41,481 nt of DNA from an uncultured Burkholderiales bacterium (GTDB taxonomy: Bacteria > Pseudomonadota > Gammaproteobacteria > Burkholderiales > Thiobacteraceae): contig CAZKHT010000001.1 of assembly GCA_964552595.1 (NCBI GenBank), positions 1 to 41,481 on the forward strand, given 5' to 3'. Shown in pieces: positions 31,293 through 40,328 of this stretch. Made by a program: the position numbers and the translations under genes. How positions within the stretch are numbered: the stretch's first letter is position 1; each line of letters opens with the position of its first letter. The notes under the pieces were generated by a model. That model worked only from the letters and a program-made list of their open reading frames with translations. It ran no database searches and was not told where the DNA came from.

Positions 31293-32257
31293 ACAGGGCT
31301 CTAATTTGCGGCATATCTGGGCAAGACGGCGCTTATCTCGCGCAACTACTACTCGGCAAAGGGTATACGGTTTATGGTACCTCCCGCGATGCACAAATGA
31401 CCACGTTTTCCAGTTTGCAGCGTTTGGGAATAAAGGACCAAATTGGTTTCGAGTCCATGGCGCCCACGGACTTCCGTAGCGTCTTACAAGTCGTAAGCAA
31501 GACTGCGCCTGACGAAATTTATAATTTAACTGGCCAAAGCTCAGTTGGATTGTCGTTCCAGCAGCCTGTCGAGACGCTAGAAAGCATTGCCTTGGTAACG
31601 CTGAATTTATTAGAGACGATACGTTTTTTAGGCCGCCCGATTAAATTCTATAGTGCAGGGTCGAGTGAATGTTTTGGCGATGCCGGCGATAACGCAGCGG
31701 ATGAGAACACGCCGTTTAGACCCCGCAGTCCGTATGCGGTCGCAAAAAGTGCCGCGTTCTGGGAGGTGGCGAATTATCGCGAAGCCTATAACCTATATGC
31801 ATGCACCGGTATTTTATTTAACCACGAATCTCCGCTCCGGCCTGAGCGTTTTGTGACACGTAAAATTGTTGCGGCTGCCTGCCGTATTGCACATGGCGAT
31901 AAGGAAAAACTCCACTTAGGGAATTTAGATATTCAGCGCGATTGGGGCTGGGCGCCCGAGTACGTGGATGCGATGTGGCGCATGCTACAGCAGCCTGTGG
32001 CGGACGACTACGTCATCGCGACCGGAGAGACGACGAGCTTACGCGACTTTGTTGCAGCGGCGTTCTCCGCCTTCGATTTGGATTGGACCGCGCACGTAGC
32101 GATTGATGCGGAATTCATGCGTCCCACGGACATCGCGGTGGGACGCGCTAATCCCGCCAAGGCTGCAAGGCAGTTAAATTGGCAAGCACAAAACCATATG
32201 CAAGCAGTGGTCCGATTGATGGCCGATGCGGAACGAGCGAGCTATCGAGCGGCATGA
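31289..32257 (+). CDS. GDP-mannose 4,6-dehydratase paralogue (short, Pseudomonas-type)
   Basis: [60 protein letters not shown] and LGNLDIQRDWGWAPEYVDAMW. The catalytic-site block reads AGSSECFG instead of ASTSE. ATGA overlaps occur on both sides. Confidence 0.8.
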   Translation: MNRALICGISGQDGAYLAQLLLGKGYTVYGTSRDAQMTTFSSLQRLGIKDQIGFESMAPTDFRSVLQVVSKTAPDEIYNLTGQSSVGLSFQQPVETLESIALVTLNLLETIRFLGRPIKFYSAGSSECFGDAGDNAADENTPFRPRSPYAVAKSAAFWEVANYREAYNLYACTGILFNHESPLRPERFVTRKIVAAACRIAHGDKEKLHLGNLDIQRDWGWAPEYVDAMWRMLQQPVADDYVIATGETTSLRDFVAAAFSAFDLDWTAHVAIDAEFMRPTDIAVGRANPAKAARQLNWQAQNHMQAVVRLMADAERASYRAA

Positions 32258-33444
32258 CCCGTAAGTTGCGTCTGGCTTATCTAGTCAGTCATCCTATCCA
32301 GTATCAGGCGCCTCTCCTGGCCCGCATTAGCAGCGAGCCGGGGATAGACCTGACCGTGCTATTTTGCAGCGATCTCTCGGTGCGCGAATACGAAGATGCG
32401 GAATTTAAGGCCTCATTTAAATGGGATGTGCCGCTGCTCTCCGGTTATCGCCATGAATTTTTGCCGGCGCTGGGGGCAATAAATCGTTTGTCCTACTGGC
32501 GTCCGATGACGACAGGGCTACATCATTGGATAGATCGTTCGCGCATTGACGCGCTATGGATACATGGTTGGGGTTACTTTAGCCATCTGCGGGCCATTCT
32601 CCTCGCTAAGGCGCGCGGCATCCCCGTGCTATTGCGCGGCGAGTCCACCCTGCAAATTCGCGCTAGCAGTGGCGTAAAGCAAGCGATTCGGGAACTGGCA
32701 TTAAAGCGTATTGTGCAAGCTGCGGACGCCTGTCTTGCCATCGGAACCTGGAACCGTGAATTTTATTCTCACTATGGGGCAGAAGCGTCGCGAATATTTT
32801 CCATGCCTTATGCGGTAGACAATCATTTTTTTCGAGCGAGGTGTGAGGCGGCGGCGCCGCATAGAGAGGCTTTACGGCAATCGCTAGGTCTTGATGCAGG
32901 TCGACCGATTATTTTATACGCTAGTAAAATGACCTCCCGTAAACGCGCGCTGGATTTGTTAACTGCCTATATCAAACTCGCGGTCGGCGACCGTGAGCCT
33001 CACCCCTATTTACTTTTCATTGGTGATGGTGAGCTTAGGACCGAGTTGCAGAAACGCGCGCAAAAAACAGGCTGGGATTCAATTCGCTTTCTTGGCTTTA
33101 AAAATCAAACTGAGCTTCCGGCGTATTTCGATTTATGCGACGTGTTCGTGCTGCCTTCCTTCGCAGAACCCTGGGGCCTGGTGATTAACGAAGTTATGAA
33201 CGCGGGGCGCGCAGTAATAATATCCGACGAAGTGGGATGCGGCCCCGATCTGGTGAAGCATGGTGGGAACGGATGGGTCTTTAGGGCGGGTGACGTGGAT
33301 GCGCTATCTGCCGGATTGCGTTCCGTGCTTAGCCACCCTGATCATACTCGCGCACTAGGTAATCGCAGCCGAGATATCATTGCTAATTGGGGTTTCGAGC
33401 AAGACGTCGAAGGATTAAACCAAGCCTTACAGCGGTTGGTTTAA
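32254..33444 (+). CDS. family 4 (GT-B) glycosyltransferase
   Basis: The ATG overlaps the upstream stop (ATGA). EX7E-type region VLPSFAEPWGLVINEVMNAGRAVI. The longest ORF (32179) overlaps the preceding gene. Confidence 0.82.
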   Translation: MTRKLRLAYLVSHPIQYQAPLLARISSEPGIDLTVLFCSDLSVREYEDAEFKASFKWDVPLLSGYRHEFLPALGAINRLSYWRPMTTGLHHWIDRSRIDALWIHGWGYFSHLRAILLAKARGIPVLLRGESTLQIRASSGVKQAIRELALKRIVQAADACLAIGTWNREFYSHYGAEASRIFSMPYAVDNHFFRARCEAAAPHREALRQSLGLDAGRPIILYASKMTSRKRALDLLTAYIKLAVGDREPHPYLLFIGDGELRTELQKRAQKTGWDSIRFLGFKNQTELPAYFDLCDVFVLPSFAEPWGLVINEVMNAGRAVIISDEVGCGPDLVKHGGNGWVFRAGDVDALSAGLRSVLSHPDHTRALGNRSRDIIANWGFEQDVEGLNQALQRLV

Positions 33445-33445
33445 G

Positions 33446-34381
33446 GTGAAATTCAGCATCGTGGTACCCACCTATAACGAGGAGCAGGATATCGCGCGCA
33501 CTTTAGATGCCTTAATCGCGCTGGATTATCCCGAAAAAGAAATTCTCGTGATAGATGATTCCACCGACCGCACTCCCAATATTGTGCGCTGCTATACAGA
33601 AAACGGCGTCAGGTTGATACGTCCGGGAAAACGCGGCGGTCGTTGCGAAGCCAGGAATCTGGGAATACTTGAAGCATCGGGCGAGGTCGTGATTATCCTT
33701 AACGCGGACGTACTCTTACCCAAGAATTTTATTCGACAGATACTGCCATATTACGAGCAAGGCTATGATTATGTCCTTGTTAAATCAAAAGTGGCGAACA
33801 CTGAATACTTATTTCCACGTTATATAGAGGCGGTGGCCAGTGCGGTAGAGAGCGGCGATCCCTCTTGGATGGAATGGACGGAAGGGTTTTCGTGTAGACG
33901 TGAGCTGGCGATACGTGCGGGCTTGTTCCCCGTGGGTTTTGCGCTGCCAATTTGTGCTGGCGAAGATGGGTATTTCGGCACCGGCCTACGGCGCATGGGC
34001 GGCAAAAAGAAAATTGATTTCGGTATCGTGGTACCACATATTGCGCCGGCCTCTTTCAAAGAATATTGGACGATACGAAAAGGCCGGGGCAAAGGCAGCC
34101 CGCAGATTCGCCGATTTCTAGAGGGCTGGAGCATGACACGCATCATCTTGCGCGCCATGTTGCGCCTATTAAAAAATGCTCTGTATATCCTCGCGGTAAT
34201 TCCAGTATTGTGGGTGGTGGGCCGCGCGGCCCGACGTTCCCCCCGAGGGTTTTTTGCAGACTGGACCCGCTTCAGTTATGCCTGGTTGATCGAGCAAACC
34301 GCTTTTCACGTAGGGGAATGGGAATCCATTTTTGAGATTGGGCGTGCGGAGAAAAAGGAAGTAAATGTTACCTCCGGATGA
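33446..34381 (+). CDS. family 2 glycosyltransferase with C-terminal membrane segment
   Basis: FSIVVPTYNEEQDI, VIDDSTDRT and ILNADV, plus the hydrophobic ALYILAVIPVLWVV near the C terminus. GTG start 2 nt after the upstream stop. Confidence 0.82.
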   Translation: MKFSIVVPTYNEEQDIARTLDALIALDYPEKEILVIDDSTDRTPNIVRCYTENGVRLIRPGKRGGRCEARNLGILEASGEVVIILNADVLLPKNFIRQILPYYEQGYDYVLVKSKVANTEYLFPRYIEAVASAVESGDPSWMEWTEGFSCRRELAIRAGLFPVGFALPICAGEDGYFGTGLRRMGGKKKIDFGIVVPHIAPASFKEYWTIRKGRGKGSPQIRRFLEGWSMTRIILRAMLRLLKNALYILAVIPVLWVVGRAARRSPRGFFADWTRFSYAWLIEQTAFHVGEWESIFEIGRAEKKEVNVTSG

Positions 34382-35306
34382 CCATACCCCCAAGGGATTT
34401 GCCCTGCCACAGACAAAATACGTGGAATATCTGAAACGCCCTGTCCGGCGTTTTGCTTATCCGCTCTACAATCTTGTCGTCAACAAGGTACTCGCGAGTA
34501 AATATGCTTCCTCCGGCTTCGAGCCCGATTGTTGGTTTTGGGGTCAGCGAGGCAATGACTATGAGACATTGCGAAGACGAGTCAACAAAACTTTCCCGCT
34601 AAAAGGAAAGAACATATTGATCGCTGGCTGTGGCGCTGGGCGCGACGTTCCATCCTGGTTGAAATTCAACTTAGGATCATTAACAGGCGTCGATTTTTTT
34701 CGCTATGATGAGGCGTGGCAAGTATTGTCACGCTACGCCAAGAATAATTTCCCGCTGACCGATCTGAATTTCGAGCAAGCAGATCTGGGACAGTTAAGTA
34801 ATTTTAACGACGCGACGTTTGACCTGATCGGATCAGACGCAGTATTCGAACATTTGAAAAATCCAGTCCAAGTTATGACAGAGTTTCGCAGAATATTAAA
34901 ACCAGGCGGCGTGCTTTATGCCACCTTTGGACCGCTTTGGTATTGTTGGGGGGGAGATCATATTTCGGGAACTGATGATTTAGCCGATGGTTATGATCAC
35001 TTGCTATTAAACAGCGACGATTACTTGCGCAAGCTATCAGATATGCAATTTCAAAATGACGGCTGCGATTTGAAAAGCTTGGTTGAGCATGGCTTATTTA
35101 GTTATCTTCGACCGACTGAATATCTGGAAATTTTGACTCAGACTGGATATGAGAGAGAGTTTGTGTGTTCGATCATCGAACCACGTGCCGTTTCTTATCT
35201 AAAACGGTACAAAGAAAACGCCAAGTTATTAATTGAAAAATTTGGCGAACTGCCTCTGGTGATTACCGGGATGAGTTTGATCTATCGTAGGCCTCTTCAT
35301 GCTTAG
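34365..35306 (+). CDS. class I SAM-dependent methyltransferase
   Basis: Motif I ILIAGCGAGRD, post-I/II DLIGSDAVFEHL and motif III GGVLYATF. It overlaps the upstream GT2 by 17 nt. Confidence 0.78.
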   Translation: MLPPDDHTPKGFALPQTKYVEYLKRPVRRFAYPLYNLVVNKVLASKYASSGFEPDCWFWGQRGNDYETLRRRVNKTFPLKGKNILIAGCGAGRDVPSWLKFNLGSLTGVDFFRYDEAWQVLSRYAKNNFPLTDLNFEQADLGQLSNFNDATFDLIGSDAVFEHLKNPVQVMTEFRRILKPGGVLYATFGPLWYCWGGDHISGTDDLADGYDHLLLNSDDYLRKLSDMQFQNDGCDLKSLVEHGLFSYLRPTEYLEILTQTGYEREFVCSIIEPRAVSYLKRYKENAKLLIEKFGELPLVITGMSLIYRRPLHA

Positions 35307-36048
35307 CGCCGCAAAGCAATTCTTCCGACGTGTTTTCCCAGATAAGTCGCTTATCGATTTCCCTTCTGGGTACATCCATAACCGCAGAATCATGGAAAAT
35401 CTACCTCATTGCGGGAAAAAGTTAGTCGTAGGAGACTATACGCTGCGGGATTTTATGGAAATTAGCAAAGCCGGGCACGACGTCTATTTGATGGATATTG
35501 TAGACTGCCCATCCATCGAAAAATCACGCTTCTTCCACCAGTCCATTACCGAGAGAACCTCCTTTTCGAATGGTGCTTTTTCTTGCGTTGTGATGGCCGA
35601 AGTAATTGAGCATTTGATTGAAGACTATAAAGCGTTGTGCGAAGTCAATAGATTGCTCGAAGAGCATGGTCGGCTACTGATTACAATTCCTTATTTAAAC
35701 GATGCGCCGGAGTTTCACGTTCGAGTCCACACACTGAATTCGATCAGACGCCTGTTAAGTGCCAGCGGATTTGTCATGCTTGACCATAAATATCGCGGTG
35801 GTTTGATATACACCAATACATTCATGATGTCGCTTTTTTTTCTTTTGCTATTTCCATTTTTTGGAAGAAATGCGATTAAACGCGGAAACGGTTTAATTTA
35901 TAAACTGGCGATGTCTCTTGGAAACGTGAAGTTTTTTAAACGCTTTTCAAGCGCCTACGGCGGAATCATAGTGGCGCAAAAGGTGAGGCCCCCCAATGTC
36001 ACCGATAATCTTGCGGTACAGATTAAGGCCTTCGGCCAAGATGCATAA
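35299..36048 (+). CDS. divergent methyltransferase-fold protein (Methyltransf_11-like) with hydrophobic C-terminal segment
   Basis: FSCVVMAEVIEHL and GRLLITIP resemble motifs II/III. Motif I is degenerate (KLVVGDYTLRD, no GxGxG). The hydrophobic stretch is FMMSLFFLLLFPFF. It overlaps the previous gene by 8 nt. Confidence 0.6.
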   Translation: MLSAAKQFFRRVFPDKSLIDFPSGYIHNRRIMENLPHCGKKLVVGDYTLRDFMEISKAGHDVYLMDIVDCPSIEKSRFFHQSITERTSFSNGAFSCVVMAEVIEHLIEDYKALCEVNRLLEEHGRLLITIPYLNDAPEFHVRVHTLNSIRRLLSASGFVMLDHKYRGGLIYTNTFMMSLFFLLLFPFFGRNAIKRGNGLIYKLAMSLGNVKFFKRFSSAYGGIIVAQKVRPPNVTDNLAVQIKAFGQDA

Positions 36049-36080
36049 CTGTCACCCGTTGCGCTACTAAGCAAGTAAAC

Positions 36081-37265
36081 ATGAAAGTTGTCACCTCCTG
36101 TAGCGGCCGCTTTCATATCTTTGATCAAGCGGCTGAACTGAATCGGCATCGTCTTCTCGCTCGACTCATCAACGATTATCCAAAAAGCCAAACGCGTCGT
36201 TGGGGGATTCCTGATGATAAGGTCACCGCCTTAGTGTTCAATGGGGTCTTAGCTCGATTTTCTAGGCATAGTCATCGCCTATTTTCGGCGTCCTTCCAAA
36301 CCAGTTTTATCAGGTTTATCCATAATTTTTTTTCATCGCGAGTGGCGCGGATGTTTCCTATGGACGCGGACGTTTTTATTGGCCTGTCCTCTTTTTGTTT
36401 AGAGGCCATAGTCGCGGCGAAAGCGCAAGGAATGACCGCAATCGTCGATCACGGCAGTTTGCATCAGCGCTACGAGCGCAATCTCATACTAGAAGAGTGC
36501 GACAGACTCCATATCTCGACGGCAAATCAGCTGACATCGGACTGGTTAATTTATAAGGAAGATCAAGAGTTTCACGCGGCGGATCAAATTATGGTGCTGA
36601 GCCACGCGGCGAAGCGTTCTATGGTTGCGGAGCAGATCCCTGCTGAAAAATTATTTGTAAATCCCTGTGGCGTCGATCTTACCGCTTTCCGACCCACGTT
36701 TGACCGGAAAGAGGGGGTCTTTCGGGTAATTTTCTGCGGTAAAATGAGCCCCAGAAAAGGCGTCCACTACTTGCTGCAGGCGTTCCAGAAGCTGGGTTTT
36801 TCAAGCGCCGAACTATGGTTAATTGGTAGTCCGCCGGATGCGGTATTCCGCGAGGCGCTGGAACCATTTATGACGCCACAGGTAAAGACCCTTGGTGCTT
36901 TTCCACAAACGCGCTTATCCGAATTGTATGGGCAAGGATCCGTGTTTGTGCTGCCTTCCGTGGCAGATGGTTTTGGGATGGTAGTACCGCAGGCGATGGC
37001 TTGCGGTTTGCCGGTAATCGTAACGGAAAATGTCGGTGCCGCAGATATTGTATCCGAAGGGGTGGACGGCTTCATCGTCCCGATTCGCGATGTCGAGGCC
37101 TTAAGTCAAAAATTATCTTTGCTGTATGAGAACCCCGAAATGAGAATAGAGATGGGCAGAGCGGCATCGCGCAAAGCAGATGGCCAGTTAAGCTGGGAAG
37201 CGTACGGCGATCGACTGGTTGGCTTCCTTGAGTCATGTGTTTCCCTCAGAGCGTGTAGATCGTGA
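36081..37265 (+). CDS. family 4 (GT-B) glycosyltransferase
   Basis: EX7E region VLPSVADGFGMVVPQAMACGLPVIVTE..G..DIV..G.DGFIV. 394 aa. Confidence 0.82.
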   Translation: MKVVTSCSGRFHIFDQAAELNRHRLLARLINDYPKSQTRRWGIPDDKVTALVFNGVLARFSRHSHRLFSASFQTSFIRFIHNFFSSRVARMFPMDADVFIGLSSFCLEAIVAAKAQGMTAIVDHGSLHQRYERNLILEECDRLHISTANQLTSDWLIYKEDQEFHAADQIMVLSHAAKRSMVAEQIPAEKLFVNPCGVDLTAFRPTFDRKEGVFRVIFCGKMSPRKGVHYLLQAFQKLGFSSAELWLIGSPPDAVFREALEPFMTPQVKTLGAFPQTRLSELYGQGSVFVLPSVADGFGMVVPQAMACGLPVIVTENVGAADIVSEGVDGFIVPIRDVEALSQKLSLLYENPEMRIEMGRAASRKADGQLSWEAYGDRLVGFLESCVSLRACRS

Positions 37266-38038
37266 AGTCCGTCATATTGTGTGGCGGTTTGGGCACACGC
37301 TTGCGCGAAGAAACCGAATTCAAACCCAAGCCCATGGTGGAGATTGGGGATAGGCCCATTCTTTGGCACATTATGAAATCCTACGCCAATCATGGCTTCA
37401 ACGATTTTGTCCTGGCCCTCGGTTATAAGGGCGATGTCATCCGAGATTATTTCCTGCATTACGAGGTGCGCAATCGCGATTTCACAGTGACCTTAGGCAA
37501 TCGAGACATCGAGGTCCATGGCGATAGCCATGCCGAGGAAGGATGGCGGGTAACCCTCGCGGAAACCGGAAAAGACACATTGACCGGGGGGCGCCTTAAA
37601 GCATTGGCGACCTATCTGCGTGATGGTGCTTTCATGGCGACCTATGGTGATGGTGTCGCCGATGTCGATTTGAATGCCTTGCTCGCCTACCACCGTAGCA
37701 TGGGTAAGCTTGCGACGGTGACGGCCGTGCGGCCGTCTTCCCGCTATGGGGAATTGGACATTTCACAGGGTATGGTGAAGGTGTTTAAAGAGAAACCCCA
37801 AGTACACGAAGGCTGGATCAATGGCGGCTTTTTCGTGTTCGAGCCGGCGGTGTTAGATTTGATTAAAGGGAATGACGAATCTTTGGAGCAGGGCTTGCTG
37901 ATGACGCTCGCTGATCGCAATGAGCTTGCGGTATATCAGCATCAAGGTTTTTGGCAGTGCATGGATACTTTCCGTGAGATGCAAGTATTAAATGATTTGT
38001 GGACGGAAAAACGCGCGCCCTGGAAGTCCTGGGAATGA
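37262..38038 (+). CDS. rfbF: glucose-1-phosphate cytidylyltransferase
   Basis: ILCGGLGTRLREETEFKPKPMVEIGDRPILWHIMK, INGGFFVFEP and GFWQCMDT.RE. The GTG start overlaps the upstream stop (GTGA). Confidence 0.92.
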   Translation: MKSVILCGGLGTRLREETEFKPKPMVEIGDRPILWHIMKSYANHGFNDFVLALGYKGDVIRDYFLHYEVRNRDFTVTLGNRDIEVHGDSHAEEGWRVTLAETGKDTLTGGRLKALATYLRDGAFMATYGDGVADVDLNALLAYHRSMGKLATVTAVRPSSRYGELDISQGMVKVFKEKPQVHEGWINGGFFVFEPAVLDLIKGNDESLEQGLLMTLADRNELAVYQHQGFWQCMDTFREMQVLNDLWTEKRAPWKSWE

Positions 38039-39096
38039 CGCCGGCGTTTTGGCGCGGCCGGCGAATATTTCTTACCGGCCATACTGGTTTTAAAGGGGCC
38101 TGGCTTAGCCTCTGGTTGCAACGATTAGGTGCTGAAGTTCAGGGTTACGCACTGGCGCCGCCCACACAACCAAGCTTGTTCGAAGTGGCTTCCGTAGCGC
38201 CGGCAATGAATTCAAAAACTGCTGATGTGAGCGATGCTCACCGGCTCTCCGAAACGCTGCAATCATGTAAAGCCGAGTTGGTTGTACATATGGCGGCGCA
38301 GTCCCTAGTGCGCGCCTCCTACGGCGATCCGGTTGGAACTTATGCGACGAATGTGATGGGCACGGTGCATGTACTCGACGCAGTGCGACAAGCGCCTAGT
38401 GTGCGGGCTGTCTTGGTGGTTACCAGTGATAAGTGTTACCAGAACCTAGAACAAGAAAATGCCTATCGTGAGGACGATAGATTGGGTGGGCATGATCCGT
38501 ATTCGAATAGTAAGGCCTGTGCGGAACTGGTTACCCAAGCTTACCGCGACTCCTTTTTTTCGAGCGCCTCCGTAGGGGTGGCGTCGGCACGCGCGGGCAA
38601 TGTGATAGGCGGCGGTGATTGGGCGTCTGATCGCCTGATTCCGGATCTGATTCGCGCTTTCCTGAAGGAATGCCCGGCGAAAATTCGCAACCCCGTTTCG
38701 GTGCGACCTTGGCAGCATGTGCTTGAACCACTGCTCGGCTATCTCATCCTGCTGGAGGCGTTATGGAATGATCCTAAACGCTATGCGCAAGCGTGGAATT
38801 TCGGGCCCAGCGCTGCAGATGCGCGGCCCGTGCAGTGGATTGCGGATGAATTGGTTCGGTGTTGGGGAGATACTGCACGTTGGGAACTCGATGATGCTGG
38901 GCATCCGCACGAAGCTGGCCTTCTAAGGCTAGATTCCGCAAAAGCCCAAGGAGCTTTGTCCTGGCGCCCGCGTTTGTCTTTGGCCGAAGCGCTTAGTTGG
39001 GTGAGCGATTGGTACAAGGCCTATGCGCGCGGCGACGATATGCGCGAGGTAACACTGGAACAAATTGGGCGCTACCAGGCGAAGGTCGCGGCATGA
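38035..39096 (+). CDS. rfbG: CDP-glucose 4,6-dehydratase
   Basis: FWRGRRIFLTGHTGFKGAWLSLWL, TSDKCY, DPYSNSKACAE and RAGNVIGGGDW. ATGA overlap with rfbF. Confidence 0.92.
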   Translation: MTPAFWRGRRIFLTGHTGFKGAWLSLWLQRLGAEVQGYALAPPTQPSLFEVASVAPAMNSKTADVSDAHRLSETLQSCKAELVVHMAAQSLVRASYGDPVGTYATNVMGTVHVLDAVRQAPSVRAVLVVTSDKCYQNLEQENAYREDDRLGGHDPYSNSKACAELVTQAYRDSFFSSASVGVASARAGNVIGGGDWASDRLIPDLIRAFLKECPAKIRNPVSVRPWQHVLEPLLGYLILLEALWNDPKRYAQAWNFGPSAADARPVQWIADELVRCWGDTARWELDDAGHPHEAGLLRLDSAKAQGALSWRPRLSLAEALSWVSDWYKAYARGDDMREVTLEQIGRYQAKVAA

Positions 39097-40328
39097 CGAC
39101 CCCTAAGTGCCGATTCTGCGACTCGCCTCTGACGGAATCGTTTTGTGACCTAGGGATGTCGCCGCTGTCCAACGCATTTCTGCGCGCGGAAGACCTGGAT
39201 CGCATGGAGCCGTTTTATCCCTTACATGCTTACGTCTGCGGTGAGTGCTTTTTAGTGCAGTTGGAAGAATTCGAGAGCCCGCAACAAATTTTTAGCGATT
39301 ATGCTTACTTCTCCTCATTTTCCGATAGCTGGCTACAGCACGCAAAAACGTATGCCGAGCAGATGATCGCGCGTTTCGCGATTTCGGGGAACCACCAGGT
39401 GGTAGAAATCGCAAGCAACGATGGGTATCTACTTCGGAATTTTGTCGGACGCGGTATTCCGGCTTTGGGAATAGAGCCTGCGGAGAATGTGGCGCGGGTG
39501 GCGGAAGAAAATGGGGTCCCTACCTGGACGCGCTTTTTTGGCGAGGAAACTGCACGCGCACTCATCGCGGGAGGCAAGCAGGCCGACTTAATGGTGGCCA
39601 ATAATGTGTTGGCGCATGTACCAAACATTAATGACTTTGTTGCCGGAATTAAGATTGCGTTAAAACCGCAGGGTGTAGTGACCATCGAATTTCCCCACCT
39701 CTTGCGCTTGATCCAAGGAAATCAATTCGACACCATTTACCACGAACATTTTTCCTATCTGTCTCTGATTAGCGCTGAAACAATTTTTGCGCACCATGGC
39801 CTGACAATTTTTGATGCAGAGGAACTCAGCACGCATGGTGGTTCGCTGCGTCTGTATGTGCGGCATGACGACAATACGATGCTGCCGGTCCACGCTCGCG
39901 TTGCTAGCGTGCGCCAGGCCGAGCGCGAGGCCGGCCTCACGGTGCTCGGCACCTACGCTGGTTTTCACGAACGCTTCAAAGATACCAAGCGCAAACTGCT
40001 CGCGTTTCTCATAGAGGCCAAAGCGCAGGGCAAGCGCATAGTCGGTTACGGTGCGCCGGCCAAGGGTAATACCTTGCTCAATTACTGCGGCATCCGAACT
40101 GATTTTCTGGACTTTACGGTTGATCGCAGCCCACATAAGCAAGGACGATTTTTGCCGGGTACGCATATCCCGATACTCGCCCCCGAGGCGATTGATCGCG
40201 CGAGGCCCGACTATGTCTTGATCTTGCCTTGGAATTTGCGCGACGAAATTCAGCAACAAATGGCGCATATTCGCGATTGGGGCGGGCGGTTTATAGTGCC
40301 GATTCCCGAAGTCCGCGTTCTGTCGTGA
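39093..40328 (+). CDS. NDP-hexose C-methyltransferase family protein (Zn-ribbon + class I MTase + C-terminal domain)
   Basis: N-terminal CRFCDS...CGECFLVQL zinc ribbon, then VVEIASNDGYLL (motif I) and ANNVLAHVPN. The C-terminal domain contains GYGAPAKGNTLLNYCG. This layout is that of TylC3/EvaC-like sugar C-methyltransferases. ATGA overlap with rfbG. Confidence 0.8.
   Translation: MTTPKCRFCDSPLTESFCDLGMSPLSNAFLRAEDLDRMEPFYPLHAYVCGECFLVQLEEFESPQQIFSDYAYFSSFSDSWLQHAKTYAEQMIARFAISGNHQVVEIASNDGYLLRNFVGRGIPALGIEPAENVARVAEENGVPTWTRFFGEETARALIAGGKQADLMVANNVLAHVPNINDFVAGIKIALKPQGVVTIEFPHLLRLIQGNQFDTIYHEHFSYLSLISAETIFAHHGLTIFDAEELSTHGGSLRLYVRHDDNTMLPVHARVASVRQAEREAGLTVLGTYAGFHERFKDTKRKLLAFLIEAKAQGKRIVGYGAPAKGNTLLNYCGIRTDFLDFTVDRSPHKQGRFLPGTHIPILAPEAIDRARPDYVLILPWNLRDEIQQQMAHIRDWGGRFIVPIPEVRVLS

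Noticed and set aside
39660-40268. 202-aa antisense ORF within the C-methyltransferase gene.
   Set aside because: It lies within a gene that has clear family motifs on the plus strand. It shows no motifs of its own and has reverse-frame composition.
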